Positions 22,010 to 30,549 of a DNA stretch of 64,000 nt are shown piece by piece. A program made the position numbers and the translations under genes. Every line of letters starts with the position of its first letter. Position 1 is the stretch's first letter. The notes below the pieces were generated by a model. The model was not told the origin of the DNA and made no database searches. It saw only the letters and a list, made by a program, of their open reading frames with translations. The stretch comes from Desulfobacterales bacterium (GTDB lineage Bacteria; Desulfobacterota; Desulfobacteria; Desulfobacterales; UBA5852): the NCBI GenBank assembly GCA_963674755.2, contig CAXXVS010000002.1, forward strand, positions 512,001 through 576,000, given 5' to 3'.

Positions 22010-22417
22010 ATGTTCTACCGGTACAACTTCATTGCAGAACGGACGCTGTTGAAGGTGATGGTCTACGGAACCGCCAACCTGGAGAATATGCGCTCCCGCC
22101 TCACCCTGTTGGCCAACGATCATCGCTGGAAAAGCGAATACAAACTGTTGGTGGATTATTCCGGCGTTACGGTGATTGAAACACCGAAGGCTTTTGGGGA
22201 AACCATCAAGGAACTCCTGAGCGAAATCCCGGTGGAAAAACTCCCGGTCGGCATTGCCTACGTCTTCCCGGAGCGCCTTTTCTGCCAGTGCTTTAATTCT
22301 GACGTTTCAACGCACAGCATTGCGGCCGGGTGCAAAGTCAGTTTCTTCCGGCGGGAAGAGGAGGCCATTGACTGGCTTGAAAAGCTGGGCGCCGACTATC
22401 GTCTGGCCATGTCCTAA
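22010..22417 (+). CDS. SpoIIAA/STAS-like hypothetical protein
   Basis: GGGGAGG RBS; LLVDYS and FRREEEAIDWL motifs. Confidence 0.6.
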   Translation: MFYRYNFIAERTLLKVMVYGTANLENMRSRLTLLANDHRWKSEYKLLVDYSGVTVIETPKAFGETIKELLSEIPVEKLPVGIAYVFPERLFCQCFNSDVSTHSIAAGCKVSFFRREEEAIDWLEKLGADYRLAMS

Positions 22418-22472
22418 TCCTGCAACGGGCAACCACCGCGCGTTAACCCGCCTTACAGTCAACCCTCTTACG

Positions 22473-22838
22473 TCAGATATAGTGGCGTAACGTCTGCAGC
22501 AGTTTCAGCGCATCGTTCCGGCTTGGTTTGGGAGGGAGCTGGGCCATGATACCGAGGCCCTCGGAAGTTTCATGGAAGTCGTCGTGGGACAGGGGGCTTA
22601 CGGCTGCCGTCTGGATAAAGGCGTCGATGCCGATCAGGCGCTGGATCAGGCCCAGTCCGCTATCGCCGCCGATGGACTCGTCGACCACCACCAGAGCAGG
22701 GGAATGGGCCGCCACACTTTCCAGGGCGGCTGCACCGTCATGGGCCCAGAGCACTTCGATCTCCATTTCATCGCCCAGGGCTTGGGCCAATTCTTCCAAT
22801 GAATCAACCTGATCGGCGACCAACAGGATGCGGGGCAT
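22473..22838 (-). CDS. Atypical single-domain response regulator receiver
   Basis: ILLV...DGAAAL...LVVVDE...SGLGLI; canonical Lys-Pro region degenerate. Confidence 0.75.
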   Translation of the reverse strand: MPRILLVADQVDSLEELAQALGDEMEIEVLWAHDGAAALESVAAHSPALVVVDESIGGDSGLGLIQRLIGIDAFIQTAAVSPLSHDDFHETSEGLGIMAQLPPKPSRNDALKLLQTLRHYI

Positions 22839-22916
22839 GGTTCCTCCTCGGGAGTGCGTGGCGGTATGCTTTAAGATCAGAGTGGCATATTCCCGTCCCG
22901 GCGTAAAACAAAATCG

Positions 22917-23171
22917 TCAAGCACCTGCTTTCCCGCAACAGGACCCCGGTCCGGCGCAGCCGGCGTGGCCGGGACGGCTGCCGCAACAGCCCGTGTCGGA
23001 CGGACCCGGCAGGTTGACGGCCGTACGGCCGGTGAGCGAGCTCGTCGCGGACATGATTTTGGTGGTCTCCCCGGATCCGCAGCTAGGGCAGATCAAAGGT
23101 GCCGTGCCGGATGTCACGAGGACTTCGCCGGTTTGCCCGCAGGTGCGGCACTGGATATCAAAGAGCGGCAT
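22917..23171 (-). CDS. FmdB family zinc ribbon protein with Cys-rich tail
   Basis: MPLFDIQCRTCG...CPSCGS...GCCG...CAGPGSCCG. Confidence 0.88.
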   Translation of the reverse strand: MPLFDIQCRTCGQTGEVLVTSGTAPLICPSCGSGETTKIMSATSSLTGRTAVNLPGPSDTGCCGSRPGHAGCAGPGSCCGKAGA

Positions 23172-23343
23172 TTCCCGTTCTCCTTTCTCCCGCAGCTTTT
23201 TCGTCGTTTGAAAAGCGCGGACGGCGGCGGCCATACCGGATGTCCCCCATGGCATCCTGACGGCAACCGCCGTTCGCGACAGGTTAAGACTTCTTAGACG
23301 ATGCGATCGCGCCTGGGGCCTTGGTCAGTTCGTGGACCAAGGC

Positions 23344-23724
23344 TTAGGCGCCGCCTCCGCCGCCGCAGGTGTGCTCCTGGCGGAATTCCGGCAATTTGTC
23401 TTCGATAAAGGCCTGCACGGCTTCCCCCACGCTCCGGGTGTCACCGCCGAAATAGACGGAAATACCCACCTGGTTAAAGCCCATCAAGGGGCGAAATCCC
23501 ATGCCGCCGGCAATGAGGGCCTGGGTGCCGTTGTCCGCCAGATATTTGACCGGCGCCATGCAGCCCCCCTGTTGATGGGGCACATTCGGGATGACATCCA
23601 CGGACTTGATGGTCTTATCTTCCAGTGTGACCAGTGTGTAGAGGTCGCAGTGGCCGAAATGGGCCCCCAGCATGGCGTCCAGCCCGCCGGGGTGGGAAGA
23701 TGGGATCGCTACAATTGTACTCAT
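23344..23724 (-). CDS. NifB/NifX family Mo-Fe cluster-binding protein
   Basis: HFGHCD, HQQGGC, IAGGMG, HTCGGG. Confidence 0.9.
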   Translation of the reverse strand: MSTIVAIPSSHPGGLDAMLGAHFGHCDLYTLVTLEDKTIKSVDVIPNVPHQQGGCMAPVKYLADNGTQALIAGGMGFRPLMGFNQVGISVYFGGDTRSVGEAVQAFIEDKLPEFRQEHTCGGGGGA

Positions 23725-23785
23725 TGACTCAAACTCCTTTCCATCATCATGCTGTTCGATCGGTTTATCCGGTCAACCGGATGGA

Positions 23786-24688
23786 TCAGCCGATGGCGGC
23801 CTGATCCTTGGCGGGCGCCGGTTTGGCGCCCAGCTTCAATATGGCGTGCCATACGGCTTCAACCGCCGCACCAATACCCTCGGGACGAAATTCCGTAACG
23901 GTCAGCCCCTGGACCATGGCTTCGGTAAACACCTGATCGTGGGGCAACTCACCGATAAGCGGCAGGTGTTGGGTCCGGCAATAGGCTTTAATATCGTTCG
24001 CCTGATCGAGATTCAAGTCGCATTTGTTGATAATGACGCCGGCCGGGATCTTGAAATGACGGCACAATTCCAGTACGCGCTCCAGATCGTGCCGGCCGGA
24101 TACGGTCGGTTCGGTCACGATGACGGCCAGATCGACGCCGGATAGCGCGGCAATCACCGGGCAGCCGATTCCCGGTGGTCCATCGGACAGGATCAGGTCC
24201 CGTCCTTGGGCTTCGGCCATGGCCCGCGCCTGCTGGCGCAGGAGGGCGACCAAACGGCCGGAATTCTCCTCGGCCGGAAACAGCTGGGCATGCACCATGG
24301 GTCCGAAGCGACTTTCGGATTGATACCAGTCGCCGCAATGGTTGAGTGCGAAGGTAATGGCATCGGCCGGGCACAAGGCGACACAAAGTTTACAGCCTTC
24401 ACATTTAAGGGAGTCGACCACTGGCGGGTCATCGCCCTGGATGGCATCGTAGCGGCAGGCATCAAGGCATGTGCCGCAGCGCTCACAGTCCTCCGGGCGA
24501 ATAACGGCCTCGTGACCGGATTCGAACGCTTCCGTCGTATGGGTGTCGGGCTGCAGAATCAGGTGCAGGTCCGGGGCATCCACATCCAGGTCGCAGATCA
24601 CATGGTTGGACGCCAGATGGGCAAAGGCCGCTGTGAGCGTGGTTTTGCCCGTCCCCCCTTTGCCGCTGAGAATGAGGATTTCACGCAT
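23786..24688 (-). CDS. MinD-like P-loop ATPase with inserted 4Fe-4S ferredoxin (Orp4-like)
   Basis: SGKGGTGKTT, CERCGTCLDAC, CEGCKLCVALCP, ENSGRLV, DGPPGIGCP. Confidence 0.92.
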   Translation of the reverse strand: MREILILSGKGGTGKTTLTAAFAHLASNHVICDLDVDAPDLHLILQPDTHTTEAFESGHEAVIRPEDCERCGTCLDACRYDAIQGDDPPVVDSLKCEGCKLCVALCPADAITFALNHCGDWYQSESRFGPMVHAQLFPAEENSGRLVALLRQQARAMAEAQGRDLILSDGPPGIGCPVIAALSGVDLAVIVTEPTVSGRHDLERVLELCRHFKIPAGVIINKCDLNLDQANDIKAYCRTQHLPLIGELPHDQVFTEAMVQGLTVTEFRPEGIGAAVEAVWHAILKLGAKPAPAKDQAAIG

Positions 24689-25565
24689 GGCAGACCTCCT
24701 CGCTAGGGCTGGGGGGATTCGCCAAACCGGCAATGCGTTTTACCAGGGCGTCGAACAACGGTCGCACAGACGGGACCGCTTCCGTGATGATTTGCCCCCG
24801 AGCATACGCTTCGGCAATATCACGCTGATAGGGGATTTCAGCCAGAATCGGCAACGCTGTTTTTTGGCAATGACGATGGACGTCGCGTGTGCCGATATCG
24901 GCACGGTTGATGACCACGCCCATGGGTTTTTCCAGGGGCGCAAATGCTTTTTGGGCCAGGGCCAGATCATAGAGGCCGAAAGGGGTCGGTTCGGTGACCA
25001 GGACGATGACGTCGGCATCCATGACGGCATTGATGGCCGGACAGGAAACTCCCGGCGGGGCATCGATGATGATATCCCGATCGGGCGGTGTGGGGTCGAG
25101 TCCCAGATGGCGTTTGACGTTCCGCATCAGGGGCGGGCTCATGGCCTCGCCCACCCGCAGACGGCCCATGACGAACTCGATGGGGCCGGCCTGGCCGGTT
25201 ACGATCTGGCCTAACTCTCGTTTGCCCGGGGCAATCGCATTCTCCGGGCAGATCGTCCAGCAGGCGCCGCAGCCGTGGCACATTTCCGGAAAGGTCATCA
25301 CCACTTCTCCGAAAATGCCGATGGCCTTGAACTGGCAGATATCGGTGCAGGCCCGGCAGCGGGTGCAGCGCTCCTCGTCGATCTCGGGGATATCGATATA
25401 GGACGCCTTCTGATCACGGATGACCGGGTTGAGAAACAAATGCAGGTTGGGCTCTTCGACATCCAGGTCCACCGCGATCACGGGTGCGGGCCAGATCGAT
25501 GCCAGAGAGGCCGAAACGGTCGTTTTGCCGGTCCCGCCTTTTCCACTTGCAACAGCCACGATCAT
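24681..25565 (-). CDS. MinD-like P-loop ATPase with inserted 4Fe-4S ferredoxin (Orp3-like)
   Basis: ASGKGGTGKTT, DVEEPN, two CxxCxxCxxxC, DAPPGVSCP, TEPTPFG. Confidence 0.92.
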   Translation of the reverse strand: MIVAVASGKGGTGKTTVSASLASIWPAPVIAVDLDVEEPNLHLFLNPVIRDQKASYIDIPEIDEERCTRCRACTDICQFKAIGIFGEVVMTFPEMCHGCGACWTICPENAIAPGKRELGQIVTGQAGPIEFVMGRLRVGEAMSPPLMRNVKRHLGLDPTPPDRDIIIDAPPGVSCPAINAVMDADVIVLVTEPTPFGLYDLALAQKAFAPLEKPMGVVINRADIGTRDVHRHCQKTALPILAEIPYQRDIAEAYARGQIITEAVPSVRPLFDALVKRIAGLANPPSPSEEVCHA

Positions 25566-25930
25566 GCGCGATGCCCCCGGCTGTTGGGTGCGGCGGCCAT
25601 TTCCACGTCCCCCTGCTGAAAACGCCGGATGGCATCGCGTACCGTCAGGTCGTTCAGATTCTGGCCCACGGCAATCCCGACCGCCGACAGCGCCCGAAAG
25701 GCTTTGGGACCCACATAGCCTGTCAACACAACGCTGGCACCGGTGCCGGCAACAAGCTCGGCGGCTTGGATACCGGCCCCCTGGGCCATTACCTGGGTGG
25801 CGCCGTTGTCCACGAAATCGAAGGCCATGGTCTGGGGATCGACGATCATAAAGCCGGCGGCCCGGCCGAAACGCGGGTCGACCCGGGCATCCAGATCCGG
25901 CCCTTCGCTTGAAACTGCAATTTTAGCCAT
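25562..25930 (-). CDS. NifB/NifX family protein (orange protein ORP-like)
   Basis: DPRFGRA, GAGIQAA, TGYVGPKAF; AGGAG RBS before ATG 25930. Confidence 0.9.
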   Translation of the reverse strand: MAKIAVSSEGPDLDARVDPRFGRAAGFMIVDPQTMAFDFVDNGATQVMAQGAGIQAAELVAGTGASVVLTGYVGPKAFRALSAVGIAVGQNLNDLTVRDAIRRFQQGDVEMAAAPNSRGHRA

Positions 25931-25964
25931 TTCAGCCACTCCTTGCTGCTTGAAAGGGTTATTG

Positions 25965-26015
25965 TAATGAGCATATACTCATAAGTAAGATAGCGCTACG
26001 TATAGGGCTTGTCAA
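25965..26015 (-). promoter_or_regulatory. Promoter and palindromic operator of the ORP operon
   Basis: Minus strand TTGACA (26015-26010), 17 nt, TATCTT (25992-25987), then near-palindrome TTATGAGTATATGCTCATTA (25984-25965). Confidence 0.75.
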
Positions 26016-26085
26016 GGGATTTATGAGATTGATCGTGAATATAGCGGCTGAGGCCTCAGCGAAGAACCGAATAGGAGCTGCAACT

Positions 26086-26397
26086 TCATGCGCCAAGGGG
26101 AGCCACCACGGTGGCGCCGGTGACCTCCAACTGCTTCAACCAAAGGAAGCGACGCAACCCGATTCGAATCGTTCCATCATCTTTCGCGGGCTGGATTCGC
26201 AGGGCCCTCCATATGGTGATACCACCATCTTCGAAGGAATGATAGGTGGCATTGGGTCCGGATTGCGGGCGACCCCTGCGAACTGCAGGAAGGTGGGTTG
26301 TACGGCATCAGCCCCCGACGGACAGAACGGCAAGCGTGATCTCGCCACCATGGCCTTGAATAAAGGCGCGTGCATCGGGTGTCAATTCGATTTTCAT
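26086..26397 (-). CDS. Predicted selenoprotein, HesB-like / CC-Se motif type, 103 aa, Sec at codon 30
   Basis: GAGGAGAGG RBS, ATG 26397; MKIELTPDARAFIQGHGGEITLAVLSVGG-TGA-C, then open for 73 more codons to RRFLWLKQLEVTGATVVAPLGA*; hairpin follows the TGA. Confidence 0.85.
26272..26294 (-). promoter_or_regulatory. Candidate bacterial SECIS hairpin
   Basis: mRNA ACCUUCCUGC-AGUUC-GCAGGGGU; apical loop begins 23 nt after the UGA and has G at position 2. Confidence 0.65.
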
Positions 26398-26600
26398 GAT
26401 CCTCTCCTCGTGCGTTACCGGATGGGCGGTTTGGCGGTCGCATGCCGGTGTTGCGGCTCACAGAAAGCGGCCTGTCACCGGCGGTGCCCTTAAAGGTTAA
26501 AACCGCGCGCAGGCAAAATCAAGTTGGGGGACCCTATCCCGATGTGCTGGTATGCTGGTGTTTCGGCGTCGGCCGGAGAAACACGCCGGCTTTAACAATC

Positions 26601-27248
26601 CTATTTCAGGAGGTTGGCGATGGCCGTAAACCCCTCGCGCTCGGCGATGTCCCGCGCGGTACGGCCGGAAGCATTGGCCAGCGTTTTGTCGGCGCCTTTT
26701 TCCAGCAGCAGCTTAACGATGGCTTCATGGCCTTCCGTGGCAGCCAGGATAAGGGCCGTGCGCCCCAACTTGTCCTGGAGGTTGACATCCGCACCCTTGT
26801 CCAGCAGATAGCGCACCGTGTCCAGATGGCCGTTGCTGGCGGCAAACATCAGGCCTGTCGATCCGTTGACGCTCTGACCGTTGAGTTTGGCGCCGTGTTC
26901 CAAAAGGAGCTTCACAATGTCGAGATGACCGAATTGGGCCGCCTGCATCAGTGCCGTCCATCCGGCGCGGCCCTCGATGTTGACATCCGCACCGCGTTTG
27001 AGCAACTCCTCGACAACCGGCGTATGTCCCTCCATGGAGGCCTTCATCAGGGCGGTCCAGCCGGCCGCATTCTTGGCATCCACGGCCACGCCGCTGTCAA
27101 GAAGCTGGCGCACGGAATCGAGGTTGCCTTGGGATGCCGCCGTGAACAAGGCCTCCGCACCATCGTCCGCCATCGCTAAGGCCGGCCAGCTGGTCATGAA
27201 GATCAGGATAAGCACAAGGGTGAGCCGTGGCACGCATTGCTTTCGCAT
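26601..27248 (-). CDS. Secreted ankyrin repeat protein
   Basis: Signal peptide (PALA) followed by about 5 repeats of GxTALMxA...GHxxxVxxLL; GGAGG RBS. Confidence 0.93.
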   Translation of the reverse strand: MRKQCVPRLTLVLILIFMTSWPALAMADDGAEALFTAASQGNLDSVRQLLDSGVAVDAKNAAGWTALMKASMEGHTPVVEELLKRGADVNIEGRAGWTALMQAAQFGHLDIVKLLLEHGAKLNGQSVNGSTGLMFAASNGHLDTVRYLLDKGADVNLQDKLGRTALILAATEGHEAIVKLLLEKGADKTLANASGRTARDIAEREGFTAIANLLK

Positions 27249-27588
27249 AAATCCTCCGTATGGCGCCATGTTGTTAAGTTTTACAGCCCGATTGTGGTGG
27301 GATCCGGCAGCGGCATCGCCGCTTCCCGGGTGACGCTTCGTACCATAATGGGTTGGGGAGCGTTTGCGCATCGTAAGAGGATACAGATAGACACCGCCGA
27401 AGCATCGTTGTCGAATATTGCCGATAGGCTTTATTTAGGTCTATATATCAGAAAATACTTGCTAAAACAATGTTCGTCAGGAAATGCAAAAGCATGGAGG
27501 GAGGGTTAATCAGCAACAGACCGCGATGGGGCCGGCTTGGCCTCCGCAATTGAACGGGAGCGGGTTCTCCATGGCGACGCGTTCCGTC

Positions 27589-28542
27589 TTAGGTGATGAC
27601 TGATTGCGCCTCCAGAATCCCATTTCCATCCCGGTCCGCTCGGGCCTTGAATTCCGTTACCACGAAGACCGGGCATTCCGCTTGGGAGCTGACCTTTTCC
27701 ACCGTGCTGCCGGCATACCATTTGCCCTGGGTCTCCCTGGTATGGGAGCCCAGGACGATGGCGTCGGGCTGGCAGCGTGCGGCGCACTTGAAAACTTCAC
27801 GGTAGGGCAGGGCGCCTCCCCAGAAATGATACGCGTGGGGCATATGCGCCAGATAGCGCCGACCGAACGCTTCCATCTTGGTCTGGATTTGTGCCTGGTC
27901 AGCCGCGTAGTCGTCGCGGTCGTATTTGGGATAGGGGCTGACGGGCAGCATGTGGAACAAATCGATTTCGGCTTTGTAATAACGGGCCAGAGCAGCGGCG
28001 AAGGCGAGAGCGCTCTCACAGGAAGCCGAGAAATCCATTCCCACCAGAAAGCGCTTGAAAGCGGGTTTGGGATGGCAGGGATGCTGATTGACGATCATCA
28101 CGGGGACATGGTCGCGGGTGATCACCCCTTCCAGGGTGCTGCCGATGCGACCCACGACACGCAGGGCGCCGTTTTCGTCACGGAGGCCGGCGTGGGGGCC
28201 CATGATAATCAGGTCATCCGAATGGCAGTCGGCCTGACGGCTGATTTCGATCCAGGGGAATCCAGCAGTGATGCGGATTTCTTGGGGCGGTGCCCAGGAT
28301 AGCAGGTCCTGGTAGGTATGGCGGAGCTGGCGGCGAACATCGGCGCAATACGAGGGGGTCGCCTCCTGGATTTCACCCGTGCGAAAATGCAGGACATGCT
28401 GACGGTCGCTCAGAGCAGCGGATTCCAGGACATGCATGATGGACCATGGCACGTTCAGCGCACTGGCCAGGCGGGCGGCCGAGATGACGACGGGGTCACT
28501 TCCGATGATACGATCGGTTGCCGCAAGGATGGAGTGGAACAT
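27589..28542 (-). CDS. Tandem-domain universal stress protein
   Basis: ILAATD...LIIMG; LVGMDFS...IVLGSH...GSTVEKV...CPVFVV. Confidence 0.92.
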   Translation of the reverse strand: MFHSILAATDRIIGSDPVVISAARLASALNVPWSIMHVLESAALSDRQHVLHFRTGEIQEATPSYCADVRRQLRHTYQDLLSWAPPQEIRITAGFPWIEISRQADCHSDDLIIMGPHAGLRDENGALRVVGRIGSTLEGVITRDHVPVMIVNQHPCHPKPAFKRFLVGMDFSASCESALAFAAALARYYKAEIDLFHMLPVSPYPKYDRDDYAADQAQIQTKMEAFGRRYLAHMPHAYHFWGGALPYREVFKCAARCQPDAIVLGSHTRETQGKWYAGSTVEKVSSQAECPVFVVTEFKARADRDGNGILEAQSVIT

Positions 28543-28809
28543 GATGGCCTCCTTCTTTTTCCGCATCGTTTTCAGCTGTTACACTAAATTTAAGATCAAA
28601 ATGCATCAAAACAAGCAATGCCCTGCGCTAGCCACTGACAGGTCGCGGCGCGTCGTCCATTTACAAAGGGGCGCAAATTTGCTACGGCTCGGCGGCGGCA
28701 TCGGAAGGCTGGCGAATCATGGTGTACGAAGATGAAGATGCGGGATCGGCCCTGTTGACACATCAATTCCGCTGGGAATCTTCGCCGTGGAAGGAGGGAA
28801 GGTGGAGGC

Positions 28810-29400
28810 ATGCGTATTCTGACGGTATCGGACGTCGTTGTTCCCTGGCTATATCCCGTGTCCGATCGTGAGACGATCGGCCCCATCGACCTGGTGGTGG
28901 CCTGCGGGGACCTGCCCCCTGAATACCTGGAATACCTGACGCACATCTTCAACGTCCCGCTGTTTTTCGTCAAAGGCAACCATGACATCCGTTTCGAAAA
29001 AAGCGCGCCGCGGGGATGCACCAACCTCAACCGCCGGATCTTGATTTTTCAGGGGATGCGTTTTCTTGGCCTGGAAGGGTCCATGTGGTATAACGGTGGA
29101 CCGTGCCAGTACACCGAAAAGCAGATGAAGCGGCATGTCCGCCTTCTGCGCTTGCCGCTCTGGTGGTACAAAGGCGTCGATGTGGTGGTAACCCACGCAC
29201 CACCTTTGGGCATCCATGACGGTCCGGATCTCTGTCATCAGGGATTCGCCTGTTTCCGCTCCCTGATCCAGAAGTACCAGCCAGGTTTTTTACTGCACGG
29301 CCATATCCATACCGTTTTTAAGGATGCCGCGGATCGCATCACGCTTTTCAACACGACCCGGATTATCAATTCATATGGCCACCATATCCTTGACATATAG
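28810..29400 (+). CDS. Calcineurin-like metallophosphoesterase
   Basis: VSD, CGD, GNHD, THAPP, HGHIH motifs. Confidence 0.93.
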   Translation: MRILTVSDVVVPWLYPVSDRETIGPIDLVVACGDLPPEYLEYLTHIFNVPLFFVKGNHDIRFEKSAPRGCTNLNRRILIFQGMRFLGLEGSMWYNGGPCQYTEKQMKRHVRLLRLPLWWYKGVDVVVTHAPPLGIHDGPDLCHQGFACFRSLIQKYQPGFLLHGHIHTVFKDAADRITLFNTTRIINSYGHHILDI

Positions 29401-30475
29401 ACTGCTGGGGTTGCTGAAGCGCATGCGGGGCCGGTCCCAGGCCGGCGCCGCCACCGACATCAAGAGCTTCAAGCATGCCCAGGAAAAGGAGGCCGCCTAC
29501 GACAGCCGCATACGGGGTGTCCGAACCATTCCGTTAGACCGGATCGTCGGCAGTGTGGGGCGCTATCAAGACTTCGACAATCGCTTCCGGCTGAAGCGGC
29601 AGGTGCCCTCGGAAAGGCTGCAACGCATCAGGACCGCCATGCGCGAGGGTCACCCCATGCCGCCCGTGAAGCTTTTCCAAATCAAAAACGACTTCTATAT
29701 CCTGGATGGGAATCATCGGATAGCGGCCGCCAAAGAACTCGGCCATGATGAAATCCTGGCGCACATCGTGGAGTTCATTCCTTCGGAAAAAAATCTGCAG
29801 AACGTGCTCTACCGCGAACGGGCCGCTTTCGCCGATCAGACGCGCCTTCAGGGCGAGATCAACCTTACCGAGATCGGCCAGTACGTTCTGCTGGCGACGC
29901 AAATCCAGGAACATCAGACCTACCTGCGCGACGGTAAGTTGCCGGGCTGCTCCTTCGAAGAGGCGGCCCAGGATTGGCACAAAACCATCTACCGCCCCCT
30001 GTGCGCCATCATCCGGCGTGGCCGCCTGACCGAGTCCTTTCCTGACCGCACCATTGCCGATCTGTACATCTACATTTCCGAACACCAGTGGCATGACAAC
30101 CGCCGGCGGCGGTACGGCATCGGCGTCGACAAACTGATTCCCAAAAACATGGAGGACTTTCGGACGAAGATGGCTGACATGAAAGATTGCGGGTATCCGG
30201 AGATGCAACGGGGCATTACGGCCTTTATCCTGATGAATGTCCAGGCCAAAAAAGAGGGGCGCATCGTCGAAAAGCTCTTCGAACTGGAGGAAGTCCGTGA
30301 GATCCATTCCGTGCACGGCGACGTCGATCTGCTCGTGAAGATCCAGCTGACCCGGGATTTGCTCAGCTCCGATGCGGAGATGATTTCCCAATTCGTTCAC
30401 GAGGAGGTGCGCCAGCTGGCGGGGGTGATTAAAACCAAGACATTGATACCGGGATTTTCGAAAAGCAAAGATTGA
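29375..30475 (+). CDS. ParB/Srx-like (DUF4032-type) protein with C-terminal Lrp/AsnC ligand-binding domain
   Basis: IVGSVGRYQDFD, LDGNHR, TIADLYIY; C-terminal AFILM...VHGDVDLLVK...TKTLI. Overlaps the upstream gene. Confidence 0.82.
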   Translation: MATISLTYRLLGLLKRMRGRSQAGAATDIKSFKHAQEKEAAYDSRIRGVRTIPLDRIVGSVGRYQDFDNRFRLKRQVPSERLQRIRTAMREGHPMPPVKLFQIKNDFYILDGNHRIAAAKELGHDEILAHIVEFIPSEKNLQNVLYRERAAFADQTRLQGEINLTEIGQYVLLATQIQEHQTYLRDGKLPGCSFEEAAQDWHKTIYRPLCAIIRRGRLTESFPDRTIADLYIYISEHQWHDNRRRRYGIGVDKLIPKNMEDFRTKMADMKDCGYPEMQRGITAFILMNVQAKKEGRIVEKLFELEEVREIHSVHGDVDLLVKIQLTRDLLSSDAEMISQFVHEEVRQLAGVIKTKTLIPGFSKSKD

Positions 30476-30549
30476 CGGCTTTGTAAAACACCCAATATCG
30501 TTGTTAGCGCCCTGTCCTTTCAGTGAAGGCGACTGAAATGGGGGAGACG

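Noticed and set aside
26023..26493. ORF-track calls 26023-26493, 26136-26375 and 26177-26461
   Set aside because: Better explained by the TGA-readthrough frame 26397-26086, which has an RBS and a family-like sequence.
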